Shown: positions 32,149 through 41,754, numbered from the stretch's first letter. The stretch: DNA of 64,000 nt from Terriglobia bacterium (GCA_020072845.1 JAIQGF010000011.1:350173-414172); one strand, 5' to 3'. Notes: generated by a model not told the origin, from the sequence alone. Numbers and translations are program-made.

Positions 32149-34716
32149 TTAAACCCGCTCCAGTTGCGCATACTTCTCGACCAGCTTCTTCAGACCGAAT
32201 CTTGGGAATTGTACCGTAAGCTTCGCGTCGTCTCCGTCGCCCTCGCGCTTGTACACCGTTCCCTCGCCGTATTTCGGGTGCTTGACGCGCTGGCCGGGAC
32301 GAAAGCCGGTGCGCCCGGGAGCGGCGGGAACTTCGATTTTCGGCCGAGCAAATTTTTTCCCACGCGAGGCGAAGAACTCGGCGATGTTGTCAATCGAGTT
32401 GTAGGTCGGATGCGAATTCGAGTACGCGGCGCGCTGCTGGCGGGGGTACGCCGGGCGCTGGTCTTCACTTTCGTAGTCGTAGTGAGCCGAGGAGTAGCCG
32501 TCATCGGACTCGGCACGCGAGGGCGCGTGTGCCGCACGATCGGTTTCGCTCCAGGCGGAACGCCGCGGCGCGCCCAGGTCGTCCAGCAATTGCGGCGGAA
32601 TCTCCTCGAGGAAACGCGACGCGATCGATGCCTCCGGCATATCGGTGCCGTAACGGCGGCGGTAGCGCGCGCGGCTGACGATGAGCTGGTCCATGGCGCG
32701 GGTCATGCCGACGTAACAGAGGCGGCGCTCTTCCTCAACATCGTCGGGATTGAGGAACGTCCGCGAGTGCGGGAACAGGCCCTCCTCCATGCCCGCCAGA
32801 AACACCAGGGGAAACTCCAGGCCCTTGGCGGAGTGCAGGGTCATGAGCGTGATCTTGGCGGAAGCGTCGTACTGATCCTGGTCGCTGACCAGCGCGGCGT
32901 GGTCGAGGAACTCCTGGAGCGACTCGCCGCGGTCACGCGAATCCATGGCGGCGTTGACCAGCTCGCGCAGGTTCTCGACGCGGGCCAGCGATTCGGGTGT
33001 GTCCTCTTCCTCGAGCTGCTTGATGTAGCCGGTGCGGTCGAGGAGGTATTTGAGCAGCTCGGCGGTGGTGCCGGGACGCGGGTCGCCGCTGGCGGGAACA
33101 TCGCTCGCTTCTGAGTCGCCGGCAGCGGCGGCGCCCGCATTCGCGCCGAAGTCGAAGGACTCATCGGCGCCGGTGGGCGGAGCGGCGTCGGGTGCGGTTC
33201 GATCTTCGGGCTCGCTGGGGCTCTCGTCGATGGAGTCGCCAAGCCACTGGGCATAGGCGCCGGCGAGCATGGCGCGTCCGCCCTCAATGATCTCGCGGAA
33301 ATTCTTCAGCGAGGCGACCGCGCGCGGCGGCAGGAGCACGCCGTCAATGGCGTTGCCAATCGCGCCCCACAGCGAAGTTCCGGTTTCCAGCCCGATGCGC
33401 TCCAGCGTGTCGAGCGTGGTGCGGCCGATGCCGCGCGCCGGGGTGTTGATGACACGCATCAGCGCGATGGAGTCGTCGGCATTCTGCACGACCTTGAGAT
33501 ACGAGATCATGTCCTTGATCTCGGCGCGTTCGTAGAACGAGAATCCCCCGACCACGTGGTAGGGCAACTGGTAGCGCCGCATCGCCTCTTCAAAGAGGCG
33601 CGATTGCGCGTTGGTGCGGTAGAGCACGGCGGCGCGGGCGCGGGCTTCATCCATGCCCTCCTGCGCCGATTGCTGCAGGTACTTGGAGAAAAGGTCGGCG
33701 GCAAACAGGGCTTCGTTCTCGCCGTCGGGGGCTTCGTAATACCCGATGTTGTTGCCGCCCTGGCGCGAGGTCCACAGGTTCTTGCCCTTGCGCTTGACGT
33801 TGTTGGCGACCACGGCGCTAGCGGCGCTGAGGATGTTCTGGGTGGAACGGTAATTCTGCTCCAGGCGGATGATCTTGGCGTCGCCGAAATCTTTTTCGAA
33901 CTCCAGAATGTTGCGGATGTCGGCGCCGCGCCAGGAATAAATGGACTGGTCCTCGTCACCGACGGCGCAGATGTTGCGGCGCTCGCCGGCGAGCAGGCGC
34001 ATGAGCTCGTACTGCGGGCGGTTGGTGTCCTGGTACTCGTCAATCAGGATGTACTGGAAGCGGCGGTTCCAGTAATGGCGCACCGGTTCGGCGACCTTGA
34101 GCAGGCGCACGGTCTCCAACAGCAGGTCGTCGAAATCCATGGCGTTGGCCTTGCGCAATTCCTGGCGGTAGATCTCGTAGACGTGCGCCACCTGCTCCGA
34201 TTTCGGGTCGGAGGATTGCAGAAACGTTTCCTGCGGGTCGAGCATGTGGTTCTTCGCCCAGGAGATGCGCGCCAGCACGGAGCGCGGCGTGAGTTGCTTG
34301 TCGTCAAGGCCGAGGCGGCGGATGGCCTGCTTGACCAGCGATTGCTGGTCGGCTTCGTCGTAGATGGCGAAATCCTTGCGGTAGCCGACATTGTTGACGC
34401 GCAGCGCCTCGATGTCGCGGCGCAACATGCGCACGCACATGGAGTGGAAGGTCGAGATCCACGGCTTGGCGAAGGAGCGTCCGCCGACCAGGTGCTCGAC
34501 GCGCTCGGCCATCTCGGAAGCGGCTTTGTTGGTGAAGGTGACCGCCAGGATGGCCTCGGGCTGCACTCCCAGGTTTTCGATCAGATGCGCGATGCGGTAA
34601 GTGATGACGCGGGTCTTGCCCGAACCGGCGCCGGCGAGGATGAGGATCGACCCGTCGGCGGTTTCGACCGCTTCGCGCTGCTGGGGATTGAGTTCGTCGA
34701 GGAAAGTCACTGACAC
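32149..34716 (-). CDS. pcrA: ATP-dependent DNA helicase PcrA/UvrD
   Basis: SF1 helicase motifs (AGAGSGKT, DEYQDTN, TLHSAKGLEF, VGMTRA) and a C-terminal Tudor-like domain. Start is GTG at 34716 or 34710. Confidence 0.95.
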   Translation of the reverse strand: MSVTFLDELNPQQREAVETADGSILILAGAGSGKTRVITYRIAHLIENLGVQPEAILAVTFTNKAASEMAERVEHLVGGRSFAKPWISTFHSMCVRMLRRDIEALRVNNVGYRKDFAIYDEADQQSLVKQAIRRLGLDDKQLTPRSVLARISWAKNHMLDPQETFLQSSDPKSEQVAHVYEIYRQELRKANAMDFDDLLLETVRLLKVAEPVRHYWNRRFQYILIDEYQDTNRPQYELMRLLAGERRNICAVGDEDQSIYSWRGADIRNILEFEKDFGDAKIIRLEQNYRSTQNILSAASAVVANNVKRKGKNLWTSRQGGNNIGYYEAPDGENEALFAADLFSKYLQQSAQEGMDEARARAAVLYRTNAQSRLFEEAMRRYQLPYHVVGGFSFYERAEIKDMISYLKVVQNADDSIALMRVINTPARGIGRTTLDTLERIGLETGTSLWGAIGNAIDGVLLPPRAVASLKNFREIIEGGRAMLAGAYAQWLGDSIDESPSEPEDRTAPDAAPPTGADESFDFGANAGAAAAGDSEASDVPASGDPRPGTTAELLKYLLDRTGYIKQLEEEDTPESLARVENLRELVNAAMDSRDRGESLQEFLDHAALVSDQDQYDASAKITLMTLHSAKGLEFPLVFLAGMEEGLFPHSRTFLNPDDVEEERRLCYVGMTRAMDQLIVSRARYRRRYGTDMPEASIASRFLEEIPPQLLDDLGAPRRSAWSETDRAAHAPSRAESDDGYSSAHYDYESEDQRPAYPRQQRAAYSNSHPTYNSIDNIAEFFASRGKKFARPKIEVPAAPGRTGFRPGQRVKHPKYGEGTVYKREGDGDDAKLTVQFPRFGLKKLVEKYAQLERV
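32512..32537 (+). repeat. AGGG-loop hairpin module embedded in the pcrA linker
   Basis: GGCACGCG-AGGG-CGCGTGTGCCGCAC, encoding ...AAHAPSRAE... on the minus strand. Confidence 0.7.
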
Positions 34717-34717
34717 C

Positions 34718-34723
34718 AGTTTA
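34718..34723 (-). promoter_or_regulatory. -10-like hexamer TAAACT next to the pcrA start
   Basis: Minus strand: TAAACT G GTG TCA GTG. The second GTG lies 7 nt downstream. Confidence 0.2.
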
Positions 34724-34733
34724 ACGCGTGGGA

Positions 34734-34755
34734 GGTCCCTCGCTTCGCTCGGGAT
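34734..34755 (+). repeat. GGTCCCTCG...CTCGGGAT element fragment
   Basis: GGTCCCTCGCTTCGCTCGGGAT. Related to 45931-46081 and 54996-55058. Confidence 0.6.
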
Positions 34756-34803
34756 TTCGGTAACGGGCTCCCGCTCCGCTCACGCCCGCTAAACGCCTCA
34801 CCT

Positions 34804-35217
34804 TCAGTGCGGCACCGTGCGCGTGACGCCTGCGTCCGGCGGTTTCATCTCGCGGCGCAGGCTGGAGCACTCGCGGCAGGGGCAGAACTCGCGCAGGAAG
34901 TCCCAGGAGAAGATGCCGTGCTCGTGGCCGTCGCTCCAGGTGAAGCGGATGGCGTACTTACCGACGGCTTCGGCGACCGTCGCTTTCGGCGGTGGAGTGT
35001 ACATGGGCAGCACGCCGGGAGCGGGCTTGGGACGCTCGCCGGGTTCGCGGTTCTGCTTGACGCGCTCGTCGTTGCACAGGGCGCAGGGGCAGGCATCGCG
35101 CAGGTACTGAAACGTGTAAATGCTCTTGTGCCCGTCCATCCACTCAATGTCCATGCCGGCGCCGGTGGAGAGGTGAACCTTCACCGACTTGGGGCTGGGC
35201 TGGGCTGCGGGAGGCAT
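34804..35217 (-). CDS. DUF971-family protein (gamma-butyrobetaine hydroxylase-like N-domain)
   Basis: Two repeats with LRDACPCALC and LREFCPCREC motifs. Confidence 0.8.
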   Translation of the reverse strand: MPPAAQPSPKSVKVHLSTGAGMDIEWMDGHKSIYTFQYLRDACPCALCNDERVKQNREPGERPKPAPGVLPMYTPPPKATVAEAVGKYAIRFTWSDGHEHGIFSWDFLREFCPCRECSSLRREMKPPDAGVTRTVPH

Positions 35218-35262
35218 GGAGCTAGTATCGCACAGGGCGAAAGCGAGCATCGCGTGGCCAAC

Positions 35263-35547
35263 TTAGCGTGTGGTGCTCGTATTCTGAGTCTTGGATTTTC
35301 GGGCGCGAAGCCGATCAACGGACTTGCTGAAGGCGTCGATTCGCCGGTGCTGTTCTTCAACAGGGAACTGCGACAAGTGCTCAAGGATGATGTCGGCTAG
35401 TCTTCGCGCCGCTTGTCGTCGCGTCAGTTTCTTGCGTCGCTTTGTTGCGTTCGGTTCGGCTTTCATCCGCTCTTCTGATTCTAACCTGCGATCGTGCTCT
35501 GCTGGCCAAATCAGCGCAGCTCCTGTAAAATCTATGTTTTGCCCCAC
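35263..35547 (-). CDS. hypothetical small basic protein
   Basis: 94-aa ORF (or 67 aa from the ATG at 35466) in a lower-GC patch. No recognisable family. Confidence 0.3.
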   Translation of the reverse strand: MGQNIDFTGAALIWPAEHDRRLESEERMKAEPNATKRRKKLTRRQAARRLADIILEHLSQFPVEEQHRRIDAFSKSVDRLRARKSKTQNTSTTR

Positions 35548-35573
35548 TGGGAATGGAAGGATTCTGAGCAGTC

Positions 35574-35762
35574 ATGGCACAAATTTGTGATGTCTGCGGC
35601 AAGGGACCGCAGTTCGGCAACAACATCAGCCACGCCCACAACGTCACCAAGCGGCGTTGGAACGTCAACCTGCGCCCGGTGCGCGCCAAGGTGAAGGGCG
35701 CCACCAAGAAGCTGCACGTGTGCACGTCGTGTCTGCGCAGCGGGAAAGTAGTGAAGGCGTAA
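35574..35762 (+). CDS. rpmB: 50S ribosomal protein L28
   Basis: [33 protein letters not shown] is a classic L28 sequence. GGAAGGA SD. Confidence 0.95.
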   Translation: MAQICDVCGKGPQFGNNISHAHNVTKRRWNVNLRPVRAKVKGATKKLHVCTSCLRSGKVVKA

Positions 35763-35763
35763 C

Positions 35764-35810
35764 CCAGTCGCCAGTCTCCAGTCGCCAGTCTCCAGTCGTC
35801 AGTCTTCAGG
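35764..35810 (+). repeat. CAGTCNN heptamer array
   Basis: CCAGTCGCCAGTCTCCAGTCGCCAGTCTCCAGTCGTCAGTCTTCAGG, immediately after the rpmB stop. Confidence 0.9.
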
Positions 35811-35859
35811 CGTTAGGGCCGTGACGCTGACCGACCTTGATCTGGGCAACCACGGAAAA

Positions 35860-35889
35860 TGGATTAGTCAACCGGCCGCAATGGCCGGT
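35860..35889 (+). terminator. rho-independent terminator of rpmB
   Basis: AACCGGCC GCAAT GGCCGGTT TTGCTTTCT. Confidence 0.8.
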
Positions 35890-36023
35890 TTTGCTTTCTC
35901 CGGAGTCAATTCCACCTCGGTACCGTTACCTGTCCGACGGCGAAGCTGTTACCTGCGTGACGTTGTTGCGCCATCCAAGTGCAGGTAGGTTGGACCCACG
36001 TAGCTCCTGTGGGAGGAGAGGGT

Positions 36024-36404
36024 ATGGACCTGGTGGAAGTGGACAGTTTCGCGCTGGCGTGTCGGGTTCTGATGCCGGCACAAAGGGAGACAGATGAAGA
36101 TCGCGCTTCGCCACGCTGGCTGGTGCGGTTCCCCCTCATGCATGGGCAAGGCATGGCCACTCACTTCGGACTGGCCGCCGATATCAACGACGACGGGATG
36201 TGTTTCTTGAGCAGCGCACCCTACGCCGTGGACACCATCGTGTCACTGGAGTTGCGGATACCGGGCGGGCCGATTCATGTGAAGGCACTGGTGCGGTATT
36301 GCCGTCGCGGAGCGATCGGTGTGCAGTTTCTGAATCTCTTGCGGGAACAACGGCTGGCGCTGCTTGCCTTCAGCGTTATCGGGCAACGCAAGAAACCCGA
36401 CTGA
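36024..36404 (+). CDS. PilZ-domain protein
   Basis: ATG at 36024 preceded by GGGAGGAGAG. PilZ-like pattern (RASPRW...DINDDGMCF...GVQF). Confidence 0.6.
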   Translation: MDLVEVDSFALACRVLMPAQRETDEDRASPRWLVRFPLMHGQGMATHFGLAADINDDGMCFLSSAPYAVDTIVSLELRIPGGPIHVKALVRYCRRGAIGVQFLNLLREQRLALLAFSVIGQRKKPD

Positions 36405-36409
36405 ATCGC

Positions 36410-36787
36410 CTACAACACGGCAATTACGTCAATCTCCACCAGAACGTCCTTGGGCAGGCGGGCCGCTTCCACCGTGGAGCGGGCCGGCGGCTGCTTGGTG
36501 AAAAACTTGCCGTAAACCTCGTTCATGGCGGCGAAATCGTTCATGGATTTCAGGAAGACGGTGGTCTTGACCACCTGATCCAGGTTGCTTCCGGCCTCCC
36601 ACAACACGGCCGAGAGGTTCTTCAGCACGCGCTCGGTCTGGGCGGCGATGTCGCCCTGGATCAGCTGGTTGGTGGCGGGATCAAGCGCGATCTGGCCGGA
36701 ACAAAAGACCATCCCGCCGGCGCGAATCGCCTGCGAGTACGGGCCGATAGCTTTGGGAGCTTTGGTGGTGGCGATCACTTCGCGCAT
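36410..36787 (-). CDS. ridA: RidA/YjgF-family reactive intermediate deaminase
   Basis: APKAIGPYSQAI...GQIALDP...NLDQVVKTTVFL... The ORF is trimmed to the ATG at 36787. Confidence 0.9.
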   Translation of the reverse strand: MREVIATTKAPKAIGPYSQAIRAGGMVFCSGQIALDPATNQLIQGDIAAQTERVLKNLSAVLWEAGSNLDQVVKTTVFLKSMNDFAAMNEVYGKFFTKQPPARSTVEAARLPKDVLVEIDVIAVL

Positions 36788-37090
36788 GTTCTCTCCGATG
36801 TTTCCATGAGTTGCGTCGGGCGCACCGCAAAACCGGAAATTGTAGCAGTAGGACGATGCGGCAGCATTCGTCCCACCCCGGCTGGTTACCGGGGTCGTAA
36901 TGTCCTGATAACCACCCCATCCATTCAGCGCCGCCGCGAATCGGCGCCAACTGCTGACAGTGCAAAGCCTTGCAAATGATGTTGGTACAAAGATTTGCAA
37001 CAATCTTGGTGCAGAAATGTCTTGGTTTCCGGGACGGAATGGCTAGATGATGGGGGCAGGAGAGCCTGCCTCCGGACGCCGGGAGCTGCC

Positions 37091-37723
37091 ATGGCATATT
37101 CACACTCGCGGCTGCGCAAGACGCTGGCCGTAGTTCGAATCCTGACGGGTGTCCTGTTCCTGTTCGCCGCCGCACACAAGATCTCGTCATGGGAATTCGC
37201 CAAAGTCGAGTTCCCGCACTTTGTTTGGGAAGCGACCCACGGCGCCGCTGTGGGGTTTTACGGCGAGTTCCTCGACACCTTCATTTGGCAGCATACGGGC
37301 GGGTACGCCGTGCTGGTCGGCTTCACCGAATTGTTCATCGGTGTGGGGCTGGTGCTCGGGTTGGCGGTTCGCCCCATCTCCCTCCTGGGCTCGGTGTACA
37401 TGGTTCAACTGATGCTCGCCACCTGGAATGTGCCTGGACCGAACGAACCCATGTGGCGCTACCTCGACAATAGCTGCAAGCTGCTGGCGCTGTTGTTCCT
37501 TTTCGTGCTATTCGGCTTTGGGCACGCGGGAGAAAACCTGGGGCTGGGATCGCTGTATCACCACCGCCGCCATCGCAAGTGGGAGCATCCGGAAGCGGAC
37601 GGCGAGTTGGAGACCTCCGCCATTCCGGAAGTCAAATTCTACGGCCGGTCCTACCGCAACGAAAACGACGAGGCTCCGCAGGAGCCCCACACCGATTCCG
37701 ACAGGTTCAAGCTGAGGATCTGA
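37091..37723 (+). CDS. DoxX-family membrane protein
   Basis: [14 protein letters not shown] start and 4 TM segments. ORF trimmed to the ATG at 37091. Confidence 0.7.
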   Translation: MAYSHSRLRKTLAVVRILTGVLFLFAAAHKISSWEFAKVEFPHFVWEATHGAAVGFYGEFLDTFIWQHTGGYAVLVGFTELFIGVGLVLGLAVRPISLLGSVYMVQLMLATWNVPGPNEPMWRYLDNSCKLLALLFLFVLFGFGHAGENLGLGSLYHHRRHRKWEHPEADGELETSAIPEVKFYGRSYRNENDEAPQEPHTDSDRFKLRI

Positions 37724-37767
37724 AGTCCACGCCGGACTTGCGCGCGGAACGCTGGGTATTGCGGCTG

Positions 37768-37773
37768 CTATAA
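37768..37773 (+). promoter_or_regulatory. TATAAT box 14 nt upstream of the hslV ATG
   Basis: GCTGCTATAATCGAATCAGCTCTAATG. The CTATAATCGAA string recurs at ligA, and CTATAATCAA at relA. Confidence 0.3.
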
Positions 37774-37787
37774 TCGAATCAGCTCTA

Positions 37788-38354
37788 ATGAAAGCGCCGC
37801 GAGCAGTATCCGACCGCCATTTCCCGAAAATCCGCTCCACGACCGTGCTGTCCGTCCGCAAGGATGGCAAAGTGGTCATGGCTGGGGATGGCCAGGTCAC
37901 GCTGGGGGAAAGCATCGTCAAGCACTCGGCCCGCAAGATCCGGCGCCTTTACCAGGACAAGATCCTGGCCGGGTTCGCTGGGTCGACCGCCGATGCCTTC
38001 TCGCTGTTCAGCCGCTTTGAATCGAAGCTCGAGCAATACCATGGGAACCTGGGCCGGGCGGCGGTGGAACTGGCCAAAGATTGGCGTACCGACAAGGCGC
38101 TGCGGCACCTGGAGGCGCTGCTGCTGGTGGCCGACCACACCCAGACTTTCCTGATCAGCGGCGCGGGCGACGTGATCGAGCCCGATTCCGGGATTGCGGC
38201 GATCGGCAGCGGAGGCCCGTATGCCCAGGCGGCAGCCCAGGCCCTGGCAGCGCATACCGGGCTGTCGGCGCGCATGATCGCCGAGGAAGCGATGAAGATC
38301 GCCGGCCGCATGTGCATCTATACCAATGAGCAGTTCACCTTCGAGGAGCTGTAG
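37788..38354 (+). CDS. hslV: ATP-dependent protease subunit HslV
   Basis: [22 protein letters not shown]-terminal Thr nucleophile context and GSGGPYA motif. Confidence 0.95.
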   Translation: MKAPRAVSDRHFPKIRSTTVLSVRKDGKVVMAGDGQVTLGESIVKHSARKIRRLYQDKILAGFAGSTADAFSLFSRFESKLEQYHGNLGRAAVELAKDWRTDKALRHLEALLLVADHTQTFLISGAGDVIEPDSGIAAIGSGGPYAQAAAQALAAHTGLSARMIAEEAMKIAGRMCIYTNEQFTFEEL

Positions 38355-38357
38355 GGG

Positions 38358-38469
38358 GATTTGTAATTGGTAATTTGCAATTTGTAATTTGCAATTGTGG
38401 GCATTTGCTGTTGCGCGATCATCCGGCACGTCCGACAGATTACAAATTTGAAATTGCAAATTACAAATG
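38358..38469. repeat. GTAATTT/GCAATTT word inverted pair
   Basis: GATTTGTAATTGGTAATTTGCAATTTGTAATTTGCAATTG ... AGATTACAAATTTGAAATTGCAAATTACAAATG. Confidence 0.9.
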
Positions 38470-38474
38470 ACAGG

Positions 38475-38888
38475 ATGGCAGGGTATTCGGGAACGCCGCT
38501 GGTGAAGAAGCTCGGGATCAAGCCGGGCGCCCGGGTACAGTTTGTGAACCGGCCCGGCGGGTTTGATATCTCGGAACTGGCCGCCGAAGCGAAAACGGTG
38601 CGCGCCGGGGATGTGGATTTCGCCCTGCTTTTCGTCAAGAGTGCGGCCGAGTTGAAGAATGCTTTCGCGCCGCTGTTGCAACGTGTTGCCGGCGGCGGCA
38701 TGGTATGGGTTTCGTGGCCGAAGAAAGCATCCGGCGTGGCCACCGACCTGACCGAGGATGTGGTGCGGGAAATCGGGTTGCCGCTGGGCTGGGTGGACGT
38801 GAAGGTCTGCGCCATTGACGAGACCTGGTCCGGCCTGAAATTTTACCGCCGCAAGGCTCAAGCGAAAGCCGCGGGCCGCGCCGGCTGA
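38475..38888 (+). CDS. DUF3052-like protein
   Basis: MAGYSGTPLVKKLGIKPG... A 137-aa ORF inserted between hslV and hslU. Confidence 0.65.
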   Translation: MAGYSGTPLVKKLGIKPGARVQFVNRPGGFDISELAAEAKTVRAGDVDFALLFVKSAAELKNAFAPLLQRVAGGGMVWVSWPKKASGVATDLTEDVVREIGLPLGWVDVKVCAIDETWSGLKFYRRKAQAKAAGRAG

Positions 38889-38913
38889 AACTGAAACTGA
38901 AACTTTGAAACTG
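38885..38913 (+). repeat. GAAACT hexamer array abutting the hslU start
   Basis: CTGAAACTGAAACTGAAACTTTGAAACTG CTTTT ATG. Confidence 0.9.
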
Positions 38914-38918
38914 CTTTT

Positions 38919-40334
38919 ATGGCTATTTATCTACCCCAAACCGCGGAAGAAGAAAGTATCGGACTGGACGAGCTGACGCCGCGGGAAATCGTCGCCGAGC
39001 TCGACAAGTACGTGGTCGGCCAAAACGCGGCCAAACGCGCGGTGGCCATCGCGCTGCGCAACCGCATGCGGCGGCAGAAACTCACGCCGGAGCTGGCGGA
39101 AGAGGTCATTCCCAAGAACATCATCATGATCGGCCCGACCGGCGTGGGCAAGACCGAGATCGCGCGCCGGCTGGCGAAGCTGGCGAGTTCGCCGTTCCTG
39201 AAGGTGGAAGCCTCGAAGTTCACCGAAGTCGGGTACGTCGGGCGCGATGTCGAGTCCATGATCCGCGACCTGGTCGAGATCGCGATTGACATGGTGCGCG
39301 AGGAAAAGCTGGAGGACGTGCAGGACAAGGCCGAACTGAACGCCGAGGAACGGCTGCTCGACCTGCTGTTGCCCGCCAACGTCGGGTTCAGCAGTACGCC
39401 GCGCGGGGATGGCGGGTCGGGGGCCATCGAGGTCATTCATCCCGGCGAATCAAACTCCCGCACCCGCGAAAAGCTGCGCCAGCAGTTGCGGGAAGGCAAG
39501 CTGGACGACCGCATCGTAGAACTCGATGTGCGCGAAAAATCCTTTCCGGCGTTCGAGATCGTCTCCAACCAGGGCATCGAGGAGATGGACGTCAACATCA
39601 AGGACATGCTGCCCAACATCTTCGGCCAGCGCACCAAGAAGCGGAAGATGAAGGTCAACGAGGCCTTTGAGTACCTGGTGCAGGAAGAAGAGCAGCGGCT
39701 GATTGACATGGACCAGGTGACGCGCATCGCGGTGGAGCGCGTCGAGCAGTCGGGCATCGTTTTCCTCGACGAGATTGACAAGATCGCCGGGCGGGAAAGC
39801 GGCCACGGACCCGACGTGTCGCGCGAGGGCGTGCAGAGGGACATCCTGCCGATCATCGAAGGCACCACGGTGAACACGCGCTACGGCATGGTGCGCACCG
39901 ACCACATCCTGTTCATCGCCGCGGGAGCGTTCCACGTCTCGAAGCCAAGCGACCTGATTCCCGAACTGCAGGGCCGCTTTCCCATCCGCGTCGAATTGCA
40001 ATCGCTCACCATTGAGGATTTCATCAAGATTTTGACGGAGCCGAAGTCGTCTCTGGTGAAGCAGTACACGGCGCTGCTGGAGACCGAAGGCCTGAGACTG
40101 GAATTCACGCCGGGCGCGCTGGAGGAAGTGGCAAATTTCGCGGCGCGGGTCAACGAAGGCACGGAGAACATCGGCGCGCGGCGGTTGCACACCATCATGG
40201 AGCGCGTGCTCGATGTGATCAGCTTCGAAGCGCCCGACATGAAAGAAAAGAACGTCACCGTGGACGCCGATTACGTGCGCAAGATGCTGGCGGAGATTGT
40301 GAAGGACCAGGACCTGTCCAGGTATATTTTGTAG
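38919..40334 (+). CDS. hslU: ATP-dependent protease ATPase subunit HslU
   Basis: [17 protein letters not shown], Walker [10 protein letters not shown], and sensor motifs. Confidence 0.95.
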   Translation: MAIYLPQTAEEESIGLDELTPREIVAELDKYVVGQNAAKRAVAIALRNRMRRQKLTPELAEEVIPKNIIMIGPTGVGKTEIARRLAKLASSPFLKVEASKFTEVGYVGRDVESMIRDLVEIAIDMVREEKLEDVQDKAELNAEERLLDLLLPANVGFSSTPRGDGGSGAIEVIHPGESNSRTREKLRQQLREGKLDDRIVELDVREKSFPAFEIVSNQGIEEMDVNIKDMLPNIFGQRTKKRKMKVNEAFEYLVQEEEQRLIDMDQVTRIAVERVEQSGIVFLDEIDKIAGRESGHGPDVSREGVQRDILPIIEGTTVNTRYGMVRTDHILFIAAGAFHVSKPSDLIPELQGRFPIRVELQSLTIEDFIKILTEPKSSLVKQYTALLETEGLRLEFTPGALEEVANFAARVNEGTENIGARRLHTIMERVLDVISFEAPDMKEKNVTVDADYVRKMLAEIVKDQDLSRYIL

Positions 40335-40349
40335 CAATGAGTTCCGCCT

Positions 40350-40469
40350 GGAATTGGTAATTTGCAATTTGTAATTTGTAATTTGGCCCGGTGAGCAACC
40401 GGGCCTTTGCTTTAGCCAGAAATTCATGGGCGTGGAAACTACAAATTAGAAATTACCAATTACAAATCC
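40350..40469. repeat. GTAATTT/GCAATTT word inverted pair enclosing the hslU terminator
   Basis: GGAATTGGTAATTTGCAATTTGTAATTTGTAATTTGG ... AAACTACAAATTAGAAATTACCAATTACAAATCC. Confidence 0.9.
40385..40413 (+). terminator. rho-independent terminator of hslU
   Basis: GGCCCGGT GAGCA ACCGGGCC TTTGCTTT. Confidence 0.8.
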
Positions 40470-40491
40470 TCTGTTACCCTGTTTTGCTTTC

Positions 40492-41583
40492 ATGAAATGG
40501 CAGCTTCATCTCGGGCTGACGGGGATGTTGTGTCTGACGGCGTGCGGAACGCCAGGCGCGCCGCGCCCGCCGTCGTTGGAATTGCCGCATCCGGTGACGG
40601 ATCTGGCGGCAACCCGGCAGGGCGACAAGGTCACGCTCATCTGGACCGCGCCGCGCGAGACCACCGACAAGCAGAACATCCGTCATCCCGGCCCGGTGCG
40701 CATTTGCCGCGGCGTAAACACCACGGCCATGGTGCAGTGCCCGCAAGTGGCGGAGTTGCCAGCCGTTCCGGCAGTGGCCAAGGGCGCCAAACCGGAGCAG
40801 AGGGTTTACGCGGATACGCTGCCGATGGATTTACAGCAGCAGAATCTTACTGGCTTCGCGACCTACGCACTGGAGTCGCTGAACGCGCGCGGGCGCAGCG
40901 CGGGATTGTCGAACCAGGTGGAGGTACCGCTGGCGCCGACGCTGGAACCGCTCGGCAGCGTCGAGGCGAATGTCACCTCCGATGCCGTTGTTCTGCGTTG
41001 GACAGGATATGGTGTTGCCGCACGCCGAAGTGCGAACCTCAGCTTTGCATACCACGTGTTCCGCCGCGCTGAAGGGGGCGGAGACGTCGATCTTGGTCCG
41101 GCCATGGCCGAAGCGCCTGAAATCAATATGGCCCGCAAGCAGTTCGCGTTTTCGGACACGAACTTCGAGTGGGAGAAGACGTATTTCTACCGCGTCGTTG
41201 CGATAACCACCGTAACCAGGCCTGGCGGAACCCAAGTTGAAGTGCCGGGGGAGCCGACGCCCGAGGCAAAGGTCGTCACGCATGACGTTTTCCCGCCCGC
41301 CGCGCCCGCGGGGTTACAAGCGGTGGCGAGCGGCGTTGGCCAGCCGCCGTTTGTGGATTTGACCTGGGCGCCGAACACCGAGGCTGATCTCGCCGGGTAC
41401 AACGTCTACCGGCGCCAGGCAGATCAGCCGCCGGTGAAGGTCAACAACGAGCTGGTGAAGGCGCCGGCCTACCGCGACCGGGAGGTGACGTCGGGACACC
41501 AATACTTCTATGCTGTAACGGCGGTGGATCTGCGAGGGAACGAGAGTCCGCGGTCCGACGAAACATCTGAGAGGGTGCCGTAA
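40492..41583 (+). CDS. lipoprotein with fibronectin type III-like repeats
   Basis: Lipobox LCLTAC. Repeated beta-rich modules (LxWxAP... / DLxGYNVYR). Confidence 0.65.
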   Translation: MKWQLHLGLTGMLCLTACGTPGAPRPPSLELPHPVTDLAATRQGDKVTLIWTAPRETTDKQNIRHPGPVRICRGVNTTAMVQCPQVAELPAVPAVAKGAKPEQRVYADTLPMDLQQQNLTGFATYALESLNARGRSAGLSNQVEVPLAPTLEPLGSVEANVTSDAVVLRWTGYGVAARRSANLSFAYHVFRRAEGGGDVDLGPAMAEAPEINMARKQFAFSDTNFEWEKTYFYRVVAITTVTRPGGTQVEVPGEPTPEAKVVTHDVFPPAAPAGLQAVASGVGQPPFVDLTWAPNTEADLAGYNVYRRQADQPPVKVNNELVKAPAYRDREVTSGHQYFYAVTAVDLRGNESPRSDETSERVP

Positions 41584-41587
41584 GAAA

Positions 41588-41739
41588 CATTGAACCGCAA
41601 AGTACGCAAAGGAACGCAAAACATGATTGCCGCGGAATTATCAGTGGAAGACGGAATCAAACGCTCGATGAACAACTTCTGAGCTCATGTTTAGTATTGA
41701 TTTTCCTTTGCGGTCCTCAGCGTCCCTTGCGGTAAGAGG
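41588..41739. repeat. AACCGC-decamer word inverted pair (CGCAAAG words)
   Basis: CATTGAACCGCAAAGTACGCAAAGGAACGCAAAAC ... TTTTCCTTTGCGGTCCTCAGCGTCCCTTGCGGTAAGAGG, around an ~80-nt lower-GC core. Confidence 0.8.
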
Positions 41740-41754
41740 CTTTAAAGGATTGAA

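Noticed and set aside
35764-35810. Possible CRISPR array. The same was considered for 43949-44049, 32101-32146 and other word arrays.
   Set aside because: The repeat period is only 6-10 nt with no spacers, there are no cas genes in the window, and the arrays are 20-50 bp long. They are microsatellite-like word arrays, not CRISPRs.
41623-41700. 15-aa ORF (MSSEVVHRAFDSVFH) in the lower-GC core of the palindrome at 41588-41739
   Set aside because: It is too short and has no SD. It is simply the unique core between two repeat arms, and there is no support for coding.
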